Source: Convolutriloba macropyga
Taxonomy: Eukaryota
Length of the DNA stretch: 64,000 nucleotides
Assembly (NCBI RefSeq): GCF_964194025.1
Contig: NC_134481.1
Coordinates: forward strand, 17,112,001 to 17,176,000
Direction of reading: 5' to 3'
The translations under genes were made by a program, and so were the position numbers. How positions within the stretch are numbered: position 1 is the stretch's first letter; each line of letters starts with the position of its first letter. Shown here one piece after another: positions 41,701 through 50,800 of the stretch. The notes beneath the pieces were generated by a model. That model ran no database searches. It had not been told where the DNA came from and saw only the letters and a list, made by a program, of their open reading frames with translations.

Positions 41701-44505
41701 GTAGTTTTTGTTTCTCTCACGTTCGTTCACTGCTTGAGTTACGTTGGTTCGTTCTTCATTCAATGGTGGTTGCGTGCCTTTTCTCATACATGCAACCAAA
41801 TGATATTCTAAACCTGCTTGGCACTTCCTTGCTTCTTTCAAATCTCCCTTAACAAAATTTGCTTGTTAGGGCACAAGTCCGTTTCGACGCTGCAGCTGCT
41901 TGGGTGTTTCTTCTTCTAGAAGGTGGGCAGTCTGTTGGTAGAGGACCTGTAGTTTGTTGGGTCGATCTGAATCTTCAATTATTTTCTAGCCAAGCCCACG
42001 TTTAGTGTTAACTTCTTCTACTACGTCTCGGAAATTATTGTCCTATATGTGAGCTGTTGATTAAAGCTCTACTCTGCTTGTTGTGCTTGAATTACCTGGT
42101 TGCTGTTCGCTTCTGTTTTGCTAATTTCCTTTTAAAAGGGTTTGCACTTCAATTTCTTTAATGAAATGCACTCTTCTATTCGCCTCTCTGGCCTGTTGCT
42201 GTCGATTTGTTTGATTCTCTTTGGGCGGGGGGAGGGCGCCTTCGGCAATCATTTCATTAGATGCGACAGTAGTTTGCCTGCCACTGCCCGGGTCGGCGGA
42301 CCAAATGTAATGGCTGCTTACCTATCAAAGACAAGGAAACTTTACACCGCCCAGTTCGTTTCAGCGGTTTCAAATCTGTCCGGATATTGCGTTTTTGCTG
42401 TAAATTTTTGTGAACTGTATTAAGCGCTATTCTGTGGATTACCGTTGCATTACTTGTTGCTAAACCAGTCCTGAAAACTAATCGCTCATGTTTGCTGAAT
42501 AACAATTTACTTTGCTTGAATTAATCGAATGACTCAAAACTTCAAATAACCAATTAGACGTAAAATTACGAATTTCTACTATACTGCAAATGCTAAGGAC
42601 AAAACAACTCTTGTGCTTATGCACGCTGGGTAGGCCAACTGATTGATATGAGAACAATGAAAACTACTTGATCTATATAGATGAACCCGGCTTTTATATT
42701 TTATACCCAATCTTAACAGACGGGCAAAAACAACGTTTCACATCTCCGATTGGTTGTAGATCACTATGTTGTAAGATTTTCTGGATAAACTGCGTGCGGG
42801 GTTTGGGATAACCTATACAGTGCCCCAAACTCTCCTCTCTAAATTGCTACAAAAATCGCAAAATTCATTGAATCTGGCTTACCAAGTTGGGTATCTCTTA
42901 CTCCATCTGAGCTCAATTTGTGTCATTGAGAACACTTGAATACGTGACAATAATAGTGTTGTTCAAGTTTGAGTTCAAGTTCCACTTTATGTATGATGAT
43001 TATGTACTAAAAATAGTTACTGAATAAAAATGTTGAACAAATTGAACAAATCCGTATGGCTTCGATAGAAAGTAGCATTAAATTTCGCTAGTCAAGCTAC
43101 TCTAACTTTACTGCCTGAAATGGCTTCGAAGCGCTATTCAATTTGGTTGTTGAATTATTGAGCTCAGTCAACACAACTTAAAAGAAATTTTTAAAATCCA
43201 ATCTTTTTCTTCAGAAAACGTTCACACAAAAGTCTGTTGAAAGTGTGATTGAGAAGGAGATTGCAAAATCTTATTTTTTTTTCAAAAATAACTGATCGAG
43301 AAAAAAATTATCACAAACTAAGAGCAGAATCTTCTAATTTGGTAACCCGATATCAAAACAAGAAAGGGCGTAATTTAGGATATGTATATTAGCTTAGCCG
43401 CGATTTATATAAGTTTATAACGAAATACTTCAACTCAAAGCATTGTATTCCGGATATAATAAAAAAGTAACTATCGACACTTTTCTCTTTTCTATTCAAA
43501 TTCTCAAAACAGAAATAATCTGTCATTTATGACTTAAAACATAGACTTAAAAACATAGACGCTTAAAAACATTTCCTGTATTCGGTTTTGTTTGGTTTCA
43601 AACGTAAAAAATTCTAACGCAACTCTTGGAGAGACAATTTTGTCGAGAAAAGAGTGAAAATTATTGACATTCCTTAGCTCATTTCTAAAACTATTTGAAA
43701 AAATATAACTTTTTTGTTTGTTCATCAAGATAAAAATTGTAGAACTTGTAGAAAATTGATAGGGTTTTGGGGATTCAGTTCATTGAAAGACATCAATTCA
43801 GTCATGATAGGATCATGAGAATTCAAAAACATAATTAGTCATTTTCTCATGTTTTCTTGCAGTCTAGAACTTACCGACGGTTTCTTACGTTTAAAAACCG
43901 AACATATTGGCTGCACCGAAAAAGTAGGGGCTTTGTCGCTTTTGTCTAGCTAAAACCGAAAATACTGACAAACATTTGTGAACACTTCTGAACTAAGGTC
44001 ACTTAGTGTTATGTTTTTGTATAGCCAAGAACTCCTCGCCACCCCCACCCCCCCCCCCCCCCTTCCCGGCTAAAATGCAAAAAAAAATGAAACACCTTCA
44101 CAATTCATTTAAAAAATATAAAGTAGCTCTTTTTTCAATGTTTTTGTCGTGTTTTGGATTTGAGAACGTATTAGCTTTTGTTTGCATAGATAGTTCGTCT
44201 CCATTACAAATTTCAAATCGCAATTATTTTTGAATTCAACAATTAACAAACCAGGTTCCGACTGCCACCAGTAATTTTTCCTGAGGAAATGTTGATCGGA
44301 ATTGACCATATTTTCTGCTAAGTGGGTCAATTCGGCTTGAGATTCAGTGTAGCCTCTTCTAGAGTCACATGACAAACATTGAGTAGTTGCTGGGTCATTC
44401 GGATCTGCTATGCAGTATTTCGACACTATTTCTAGCCCACATGTTGAGGTTGTTGTTAATTATGGCTCTCGACCAACTAAAAGGTCACCCGATTCAAGCG
44501 CGTTG
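2542..44505 (-). CDS. LAMB1: Laminin subunit beta gene (multi-exon, partial at both ends)
   Basis: 25 exons with GT-AG boundaries and compatible phases, about 4885 nt in total. Motifs: GDLLVGR..TSTCGL, WWQSEPGVENVTIQLNLE, CFCNGHASKC, WTGDGFV (LF/IV-B), 8 LE repeats, FPACEPCGSCYDNW, a 6-Cys beta-knob and heptad coiled coil. One in-frame TAA at 44460-44462. The symbol denotes the beta family; orthology to beta-1 specifically is not established. Confidence 0.95.
3286..3492. mobile_element. Short degenerate relative of the 57466-58212 element
   Basis: ctctgatcagac motifs and an aacctggg right end. Confidence 0.55.
3507..3648 (-). CDS. LAMB1: Laminin beta exon, coiled coil
   Basis: KLAESVMSDVMKLMNMLTDAVQYNNLTEQAINDTKLLLSQMGAKVDG; tttag / gtaagt. 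Confidence 0.85.
4215..4335 (-). CDS. LAMB1: Laminin beta exon, coiled coil
   Basis: NLEREMRSMEAQVDEMAKVTQQMQANASLVRTLLQDALTA; attag / gtaaag. Confidence 0.85.
4700..5149 (-). mobile_element. Possible LINE (CR1/L2-like) 3' remnant
   Basis: SVYTPRLVAEQISAESVQRHSVFWW resembles the post-RT 'W.P.....I..LE.VQR' motif; heavily decayed and abuts a gap. Confidence 0.4.
6076..6310 (-). CDS. LAMB1: Laminin beta exon, coiled coil (domain I)
   Basis: VNEALSLVEITSLSAEDLRRRAEDAQEMA...MPNITQKDIE; tgcag / gtaagt. Confidence 0.88.
6443..9230 (+). mobile_element. Nested Helentron/DINE-1-like non-autonomous elements, A[A'[B]]
   Basis: Heads at 6443 and 6485 (tacaattcaaagaatttgaattgta), B head cgactcgaag at 6532; B 3' subTIR 8262-8271 + hairpin + ctatgt; A' 3' subTIR 8773-8789 + hairpin + ctatgt; A' and A bodies duplicated at 8300 and 8820. 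Confidence 0.8.
9339..9551 (-). CDS. LAMB1: Laminin beta exon, beta-knob (alpha domain)
   Basis: MCGGVDPTIGSCDTCGGPRCSFCGNTPTAEGIVLATCKGA...: six Cys interrupting the coiled coil, characteristic of beta chains; gacag / gtcagt. Confidence 0.93.
9766..10004 (-). CDS. LAMB1: Laminin beta exon, coiled coil
   Basis: GIKDRISKASEMSKQAMADSL...FIAEMTKL; cacag / gtaaat. Confidence 0.9.
10532..10716 (-). CDS. LAMB1: Laminin beta exon, coiled coil
   Basis: LRADLLEEELVKYEASIETQSGDLDRLRLQLDQARR...; ggaag / gtaatc. Confidence 0.88.
11231..11313 (+). repeat. G-rich 15-bp minisatellite (GGGGGATTGGGTTGT), about 5.5 copies
   Basis: Read directly; at least 10 runs of three or more G. Confidence 0.95.
12710..12890 (-). 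CDS. LAMB1: Laminin beta exon, coiled coil (domain II)
   Basis: RESDILADKAAKIEKSGSVGEYTREFQKLDGYIRDIEKLL...; ttcag / gtaagc. Confidence 0.92.
13488..13633 (-). CDS. LAMB1: Laminin beta exon, last LE and start of coiled coil
   Basis: YSGQCECRTGVRGQKCDECEIGYQGTFPACEPCGSCYDNWKLIMDDLK; tccag / gtaagc. Confidence 0.95.
14072..14214 (-). CDS. LAMB1: Laminin beta exon, LE
   Basis: VTGFCACLPYYGGRKCDECGEGEWGDPLDKCHSCDCNPWGSNSNQCS; tcaag / gtcagt. Confidence 0.95.
14726..14963. repeat. 238-bp palindrome of a dispersed repeat family
   Basis: Arms of about 112 bp with a short loop; related units at 1-155, about 14268-14455 and about 14545-14730. Confidence 0.9.
14965..15102 (-). mobile_element. tRNA-derived SINE-like element
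   Basis: Minus strand GGCGTGA-TGGCCGAGAGG (A box) ... GTTCGATCC (B box), then a non-tRNA body; no acceptor-stem pairing. Confidence 0.65.
16258..16559 (+). repeat. Copia 5' LTR (5'-truncated)
   Basis: Matches about 20897-21296 (ataatgaaatgacgcccactcatacgcccc ... ctgctaaca). Confidence 0.9.
16560..16573 (+). other. Primer-binding site, Drosophila-copia type
   Basis: GGTTATGGGCCTAG directly after the LTR end; the recalled copia PBS is GGTTATGGGCCCAG, complementary to the initiator tRNA-Met anticodon-arm region. Confidence 0.85.
16746..20693 (+). pseudogene. Copia gag-pol polyprotein, disrupted
   Basis: Many stops and frameshifts split it into the ORFs 16746-17303, 17855-18100, 18320-19156 and 20289-20693. 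Confidence 0.93.
20669..21296 (+). repeat. Copia 3' LTR (contains an N gap)
   Basis: Follows PPT gagtggggg; begins TA, ends AACA. Confidence 0.88.
22124..22338 (-). CDS. LAMB1: Laminin beta exon, LE
   Basis: ACRCDRSGT...CYCKPNVIGAECSQCAANHFNISHPDGCQPCECASYGSRENMCDP; tgcag / gttagt. Confidence 0.95.
22909..23334. mobile_element. Merlin-like MITE with 8-bp TSD
   Basis: TIRs GGATCTTTTCAACAA..CCCCCCC / GGGGGG..TTGTTGAAAAGATCC; GCTTTTTT on both flanks. Confidence 0.85.
23630..23854 (-). CDS. LAMB1: Laminin beta exon, LE
   Basis: GDLCTECAPGYFGNP...CRECECHGN...CDRCKEGFFGDP...GCS; ttaag / gtgagg. Confidence 0.95.
24265..24449 (-). CDS. LAMB1: Laminin beta exon, LE
   Basis: CEDGYYLD...CRACSCPG...FASGC...VRCSCLAGYK; accag / gtgggt. 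Confidence 0.95.
26952..27186 (-). CDS. LAMB1: Laminin beta exon, LE
   Basis: DCSCNMLGT...CDECEEGRFGFPKCDECQCNGKSASCDPESGKC...; cttag / gttagt. Confidence 0.95.
27462..27620 (-). CDS. LAMB1: Laminin beta exon, LE
   Basis: SCDCNKFGT...CEPMGGQCGCKTNVIGRQCDQC...GCQ; tatag / gtatgg. Confidence 0.95.
29604..29796 (-). CDS. LAMB1: Laminin beta exon, end of LF domain
   Basis: LILAPYP...YCIEQ...KCRQYTIAVQAELYNGAK; tttag / gtgagc. Confidence 0.92.
30111..30234 (-). CDS. LAMB1: Laminin beta exon, LF domain
   Basis: WLRMGDEMLLCLQMDIPVQIILSID...LEIDS; tttag / gttaga. Confidence 0.87.
30961..31407. mobile_element. EnSpm/CACTA-like MITE (CCC..GGG ends, 2-bp TSD CT)
   Basis: TIRs with many gcggtgaa subterminal repeats; CT on both flanks. 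Confidence 0.75.
31425..31597 (-). CDS. LAMB1: Laminin beta exon, LF domain
   Basis: IDSQHSFTLSMRTVLGG...TLCQAEY...NTIW; cttag / gttagc; phases match both neighbours. Confidence 0.85.
32083..32331 (-). CDS. LAMB1: Laminin beta exon, start of LF (IV-B) domain
   Basis: GQKCEQVESGSFIPTFDHFRLEAE...TWTGDGFVEL...; tttag / gtaagt. Confidence 0.93.
32720..32958 (-). CDS. LAMB1: Laminin beta exon, LE3 and truncated LE
   Basis: MCDYDPRG...GCMSCECAPGGSRTPACDSRKSGKCDCRYGFT; tttag / gtgggt. Confidence 0.93.
33641..34082. mobile_element. MITE with inverted arrays of 15-bp subterminal repeats
   Basis: (tacccaatgccatta)n on the left and (gggtataatggcatt)n on the right. Confidence 0.7.
36686..36898 (-). 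CDS. LAMB1: Laminin beta exon, LE2
   Basis: ECKCNNHASVCRFN...GGQCVNCDDETEGAHCDRCRVGY...FPCR; ttcag / gttagc. Confidence 0.95.
37955..38170 (-). CDS. LAMB1: Laminin beta exon, LE1
   Basis: ISQLEIGGKCFCNGHASKC...CQCAHFTQGTNCDSCKPMYNALEWKP...ECR; ttcag / gttaga. Confidence 0.95.
38535..38697 (-). CDS. LAMB1: Laminin beta exon, end of LN domain
   Basis: VVFKVEDILDG...MVTNVRIRLIKFHAL...LRYFYS; aatag / gttagc. Confidence 0.9.
38972..39104. mobile_element. Small MITE
   Basis: TIRs ggtct.tcccattatagccccccc / gggggggctataatgggaggacc. Confidence 0.65.
39335..39594 (-). CDS. LAMB1: Laminin beta exon, LN domain
   Basis: GVENVTIQLNLESTFELDFISVTFKYTKPHSMVMEKSSDGGKSWSALQYFSYDC...; tttag / gtaaga. Confidence 0.95.
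39935..42740 (-). mobile_element. Truncated, decayed BEL/Pao LTR retrotransposon in a laminin intron
   Basis: RT N-terminal part: LLAGPDLL...IALTADIESMFLQVQVSEQDRSCLRFLWR...VFGAKSSPTCANYA; upstream protease/gag-like fragments; LTR end ACA at 42306 followed by PBS TGGTCCGCCGACCCGGG (42303-42287). The outer LTR boundary is approximate. Confidence 0.88.
44252..44505 (-). CDS. LAMB1: Laminin beta exon, start of LN domain (contains in-frame TAA)
   Basis: NALESGDLLVGREP*LTTTSTCGLEIVSKYCIADPND...NYWWQSEP; acceptor tttaag, donor gtttgt. Confidence 0.88.
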
Positions 44506-46617
44506 CTTAAAAATAATAAATTTGAAATTGTGAAAATACAAACTAAAATCATAATTTTTAAGAAATCAGACGTAAAAATGATGTCCAATATAGTAAGTCT
44601 AATTTGAATTTAGAAAGAATCTGATAAGTTGATTGTATTTCTCCGTAAATAAACTAATACAGAATTTATTCATTCATTATTGTCCGACAGTTGAAATTGT
44701 TATTTTTTAAAACAACCGTTGAAAAGGTTGTAGAAGTAAAATCACTGTAGCAGTACTAACAACGATTGCTGGAAAGTTAGAGAAAATTGACATAAAAGTT
44801 ACAGGAAAAAATCCATTAACATTTTTGTTAACTTTCTGATTTTCTGCTGTTTGTAGGAATGAGAAATTAGTTTAAGAAATTGTTGTTACGTAATATACAA
44901 GCAATAAATAAACAAGGGGAAATTACGAGTAGTTCAAAGACGTTTGAGTGAGGCCAGATACGAATTTCTTAATTTAAGATTTCCCTAGGATTTGGTTTAA
45001 AGTGTAAAAGCATAGATAGGTTAAATATCTATGGTTCAGTTGTACGGACTGTATGGTTTACTATGGGTTAGAGAAGTTGTAAAAGGGAATATCTTTCTTG
45101 TGTTTTATGTGCTTGGAAAACTTTCCCATGGGTTTAAACATATTTATTGGTTCGTGGTTCATGCATAAATGTATGTAAGTTCTTTCTGCAGTTTCTTACA
45201 TGCTCTATTATTTGAATGCTTATTCTGCCATGTGCCTTCTGTGTAAGCGAGAGGAATATAAGGACAGGGCTTGTTTAGTAGATCAGTTATATTCTGTCAA
45301 TCTGACAAACCTCCCTGCTTAGAAGCAGAAAGTCTGAGAAGTAATTTTTGGTAAGATACACCAAAAAAGCAGACTTAGCCAGGCTGCAAGGTCCCAGGTC
45401 AGAATGACATCTTATCAAACTATTAGGATTCAGACATTTTAATGAGACCTGAATGATCACTTAATCTGTCTTTATTCCCATAGTCCACATTTCCAGAGGC
45501 CGTTCCAAATTTTTTCTAATATTAGACTGATCATGCACCCTTCTGATTGTGCCTACTCGAGTTTAAAACAGTCTTTGAAGCTGCATTCAGTTTCTGCATT
45601 TCTATTGATGCCAAATTCTAACTTCAAATAACAAGAAACTTCTGGGCATATTTACTACATTGTAAGATCATTGCGATTTCAAAAAAAAACGTTAAATTTT
45701 TTTAAATTGTAATCTAATTCAAACTTACTTTAGAGAATAGAAACCATTGCAAATTCGATAGCTCTTATAGGCATCATTTAGGATTTTAATATGCTCATAC
45801 AGCATTCAAATTATCTTATTAAACGTATTAAACTGTATGGGCTATGTGAAATGTGAATCTGCAAAAGATTTGGTCAGAATACCTTTATTTGAAAAAAAGT
45901 TGTCATTACTTAAAAAGTTGCAATTTTTATCTATGATCAGTTTTTATATAAGGCTTTATGAATTGTTCTTTTTTGTGCTGTTTATTGATAATTGCAGACA
46001 ACCTTTGAGCTATGTGATGTCTTTGTAAGCACTTTGACTGGTTTTAATGTTTATTTTTGTCTTGTTTTAATGTTTATTTTGCCTTGTTGTTGTTTTGGAA
46101 AACTGTACAAGCATGGTTTTTTACCATGCTATACCAGTTTTCCTGAAGTTTATTTCAGTAACTCCGCAACTGCCGCTACCCAGCCCGGAATGAAAAAGGA
46201 GACATGACTTGAGAAAATTTCCGACCCCAAATTCTCCAGGTATTGTATGAATTTATATTTCTTAAGGACCTGAGAACGAAAGCAATGGTAAAACCTAGCA
46301 TGACTAAGGAACAAAATCATGAAGTTAAACTAATTCAGAAAAAATCAGAGTCTAATTCAGAGCCTGAATCTAAAAAGAATCAGTGTCTGATTCAGAGTCT
46401 GACACAGAGTCTGAATCTCAGTCTGAATCAGAGAATATCAGAGCAAAATGTGACATGAACAGATTCTGAATCAGTACTGAATTGTTTCTGAAAAACCGCC
46501 TGATTTAGTACTGAAATACTCTGAAAGTTAAGTACGGGACATACCTTTGTGTCCCATGAGTTGATCCAGTGTAAAAGATCCCAAAATTCTTATCTGATTA
46601 TCTTCCAGTCAATTTTC

Positions 46618-46949
46618 GTATCTTTTCCGTTTGTGCCCCCAGTACATTATGCGCCCCCAGTTACAGAACACGTGCCATTACTTAGTGAGTCATTATGCAA
46701 AAAACATAGCACGTGCGTCCTGGGGTTGCAAATAAAATGCGCCCACTAAGCTGGGGGCACAAACGGAAAATATCGCAATTTTCGGATCTATTCTGTTTGC
46801 CCCCCCCCCCCCCCCAGTTTAGTGAGCGTAAATCTTTTATGACCCCCAGACGCACGTGCTATTTTCTTACATAATAACGTTCTATATAACAACATATAAT
46901 TTGTAACTGGGGGTCGTAGAAACACTGGGGGCCGAAACAGAATAGATCC
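46618..46949. mobile_element. Two adjacent related Merlin-like MITEs (46618-46775 and 46784-46949)
   Basis: Each has its own TIRs (ttttccgtttgtgcccccag; ggatctattctgttt.gccccc); CAATTTTC occurs at 46610, 46776 and 46950. Confidence 0.82.
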
Positions 46950-47837
46950 CAATTTTCTTTCGTTGATCATTTTGCGCCATTGGAGCTTTGGGACCCAATA
47001 TTCAATTTTGACCCACAACCCAACCACAGAAGCTAAAGTTAAGCCAAAAACCATACTGCTCTTCAAATCAAATCAACAAGATAAAAAATTTCTATCTTTA
47101 GTAGCTCAAAAATCACTTTAAGAATCAACAAAAAAAATTCGTTTTATAAAGTTCCATCTCTCACAGAAAGATGCATTTTAAAATTTACGAAAATTTATAC
47201 TGAAGGAAAACTTCTAAACGTTCTAGAGAGAACTCTAACAACAATGTTGCTTTACATAATTACCAAGAACGATTCGAGAGAATTGCCCAATCTGGTTTTT
47301 AGCAAACTTTAGATGACAATTCTCTTATTTAAAAATCAAAGCCTTGCCAAGGGATCAAATAATGTAATGAAACAAAAGATGTCATATCACTTCCTATTTA
47401 AACAGAATATGATTACGCCATTTTTTGCGTGTCAAATCATGAAATCCTTAACAAAATATTTGTGTGTAAAACAGAACGCAATTCAGTTCTTTCAAACGTA
47501 CCATTAAGAAATAGTATTATTTGACTGCAAGTAAACATGGACAACAATAGTTCAATTTTTTTCTGGAAACCATATCATATAAAAGCTTTATGAGAACGCT
47601 TTTCTTGACCAAAGAGATGACTACCGAACAAGCAATTAGGAGAGCACGCGAACAATTTCAAGCACAATTTTGCAGGTAAATATTGCCTGCACATGGCCTT
47701 ACCAGCAAACTGTTGGGGGTGAATTTGCCTAAACCTTAGTTAGAGTGTACACTTGTATAAACTATATTTTATCTTAGTACATTACAGGAACATTCAAAAA
47801 TGAGCAACGCTTAGGCATTTCCTAAAACTGTAAATTT

Positions 47838-50800
47838 ATTGTTCCGACCCCACTTGTGGGGGCGGAGGAACTATACTCAAATGGGTTTTTTTTTTCGTTC
47901 AGTCAATTTTGGCCGATCGATATATTCATCGCACAGAAATGTGAGTGGTATCATTAAAAAGCTGGTCCAGTGTAAAATTCAACATTAAAAAGATTCTTTT
48001 TATTTTCGTTTTTTTTCGAGGAGTTATCGAGGATTGAAGTTTTGAGTGAACACGGGATATTTGTTCACTTTTAGTGCCATTTTTCTTCAAATTAAGATAT
48101 TTTCTATAAAAAAAGTATTTCAAACATAATTTTCTTGCCACAAAATGAACCAATTTCGTGTTCCTAACAGACTAAAAGGCGATAAAAAAGACTAGTTTTG
48201 GTCTCATAGGGAGCTTCAACATCGAAAAAAATTCGAAATCTATTTGAGAGTTTTTTTTTAAAACTTTTCTACTTTTTTGCTTTTTTTATGTCACTTAGAG
48301 ACAAGTCACTTTTCATATCGAGGTTCTGTTAATGACAAACCTCCTTTGCAACCAAATAAAGTCCAATGAACAAAAACCTCTTTTAAAAGGATTTGCTCAT
48401 GTTTTTTCTTAACTTCGACTCTGAGTTTTCGTAATTTTAAATGAAATTTTGAACTTTTTTTTGAGTTTTTACTGATTTGTTGGAGTCTTATGGCATGGAA
48501 ACATTGACTAACATTGCAATATGTTCCGTAAGGAGATTTAAGTGAGCGTATCTAGTGCTTTGAGTGGACAGCTAATGGCTGTTAAGACTTGAAAAATAAT
48601 TTTTCGAAAAATTTTCGAACATTAACCAATCATAAACTTATTATCGTGAACTGTAAGTCAGTCTCTGTAATGACTGCATCTTCTTTCCGTCCTATTGTAA
48701 CCAAATTTGATCTAGCTGACAGTTTTATCTTCTAACTTTTAGATATATGACTTCAATGACAAAATATTTCAAAAAGTTTCCGTATTATTGGTTACTTTTG
48801 AAATCTTTTCACATTATCCTAAAATTGAATGCTCCTATTGGCTTCAAAACAACATTCAGTGGATCAAGGATAAATTTTTCAGAGAAAAGCTTATGGTTTG
48901 AATTGGCTTCGATCTTTTCTTCTCGCACTTATCTCCTGAATTTTTTGTTTTTGCCTGATTTTGTTGTTGTTTTCATAGTCTCAAGACTTATTGTGATCTC
49001 TTATTGATTATCTATGCATGACAAACACCTTTTGCTTGCCATCGTGTAAATTTTTAGCGTAGTTATTGACCTCCGTTAAAAGCTTTTGAGTTTAATGGCT
49101 CTTAAGACTTTAAAAAAAGTTTTTCGAAAATTTTTTGTACATTAACCGATTCTAAACTTTTTTCGTTGACTGTTTGTCAATCTTAGTACTTACAGGATTG
49201 CTTTTTATTTCTAATGCAGTCAAAATTAATCTGGTTAGCAGTTTTAAACTTTTCCCTAATAATTTTTTTCAAACTTCAATGCCAATAGTTTTCATTTTTT
49301 TTTTCAAATTTTCGGGTGTTTTCTCTTATTTTTGGATCCTTTTGAAATCTTGTCACATTATTCCAATACTGATGGTTCCCACTGGTTTAGGGAAGACGTT
49401 CAACGGATCATATTTAAAGTTTTTAGAGAAGAACTTATGATTTAAATTACTTCGACACCTTCTTCTTGCGCTTTTCTACTGAATTTTTGGTTGTTGCCTG
49501 TCTTTATTGTTGTTTTCATCTTCAATAACTTGTTGTAAGGTCTTATTGACTAAATATGAATGACCTAGCAAACTATTTATCCCATGAAGGCATAATTTAG
49601 CGTATTTAGTGGATTCCGTTGAAAGCTAACGAAATTAATGGCGTTGCCTTGCTACTACGAGCTTTCTCAAAAATTTCGTGGTTCTAATGTATTTGTTCAT
49701 GTTTGATTTTTTAAAACTATATTAATAAAAAAGAGGGATCTCATTGCTGTTGATGAATTGATTGAACATAGAAAAGCTTTTATTAAAAAACTTATTTCTT
49801 AATGCTCAATTTTTTTCTTGAAATTGCTGTTTTTGCCTGTTTTTGTTCTTTAGGTAGCCGTAAATTGCTGACAAGTCTCTCAGGCTTGTAATTGAAAATT
49901 GAATTAATGAGTTATTTGAATGAGCTAGTCAGTTTATAGCCTTTAGTCTTAAAGTTTTTTTATATACATTTTCAATCATTTTTCAAACTTTTCAGTTTTT
50001 GTTGTTCTTTTCGTCGAATTGTAACTTGTTTTCATCAATGATAGGTAACATCCAATTGCTTGTATTCCTTAAGAAAAGGTATACTAAAATTATTTGTGAC
50101 CGATGCTTTGTTTGTTGGACAATATGCGTTTTTATAAACGTTTTTTGAGTGCTCGTTTTTTGCGCTTCTTTTTCACTTCTTTCAGAACAATCGCGTAGTA
50201 ACAGATCCCAATGGTTTACAAATGTAGCCCAAATAAATTTATTTAATCTCTCAGTATTATTGCTGTAGCTGAATTAGTAGAAAAAAGAATTGCATTAAAA
50301 ATACATAATACTCAGATAATAGCTAATGGTTTAAATCGTAGCAATAGTTTGTGTTTTCGCAATTCGTTTCTAATTTTTTAGGTTATTATTAAGTTCATTT
50401 CTAAGGCTTAAACTCCCAAAGGCGTAGCCTCATGGTTTTGTAGTAACTCTTTAGTAATTTATCAAGGATTATTTGTGTAAAAGCTAAAGATTTTAAAGAT
50501 TTTTGAAATATCTTGGTTTAAAAAATGTTGATTAATTTTTGAATTTCGCCTCATTGATCGTTCTCTTTGTTGACTTGTAACACAGTCTCATTAAAAAAAC
50601 TTTCGGTCCGCTGTATAGTTAGGAGGAATTGAATTTGAGTAGTTAAGGTTTTATCTGACTGCAATTTGATGTTGTTACTATGTGCTTTTAAAATTAGATA
50701 TTCAGTTTTTGCCGTGAAGTTTTTGTTTTTGCTAATTTTTTGGTTTTTTTATTTTGTCTCTTAGTGTCTTTAAGGTCAGATCTCATTGGCGTTGTAATAA

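Noticed and set aside
44460-44462. Nuclear reassignment of TAA to an amino acid
   Set aside because: Only one in-frame stop occurs in about 2090 host codons, and the transporter gene terminates with TAA at a normal C-terminal position
46788-47066. Hydrophobic ORF as the laminin signal-peptide exon
   Set aside because: It runs into MITE sequence, and no convincing phase-2 donor or cleavage site was seen
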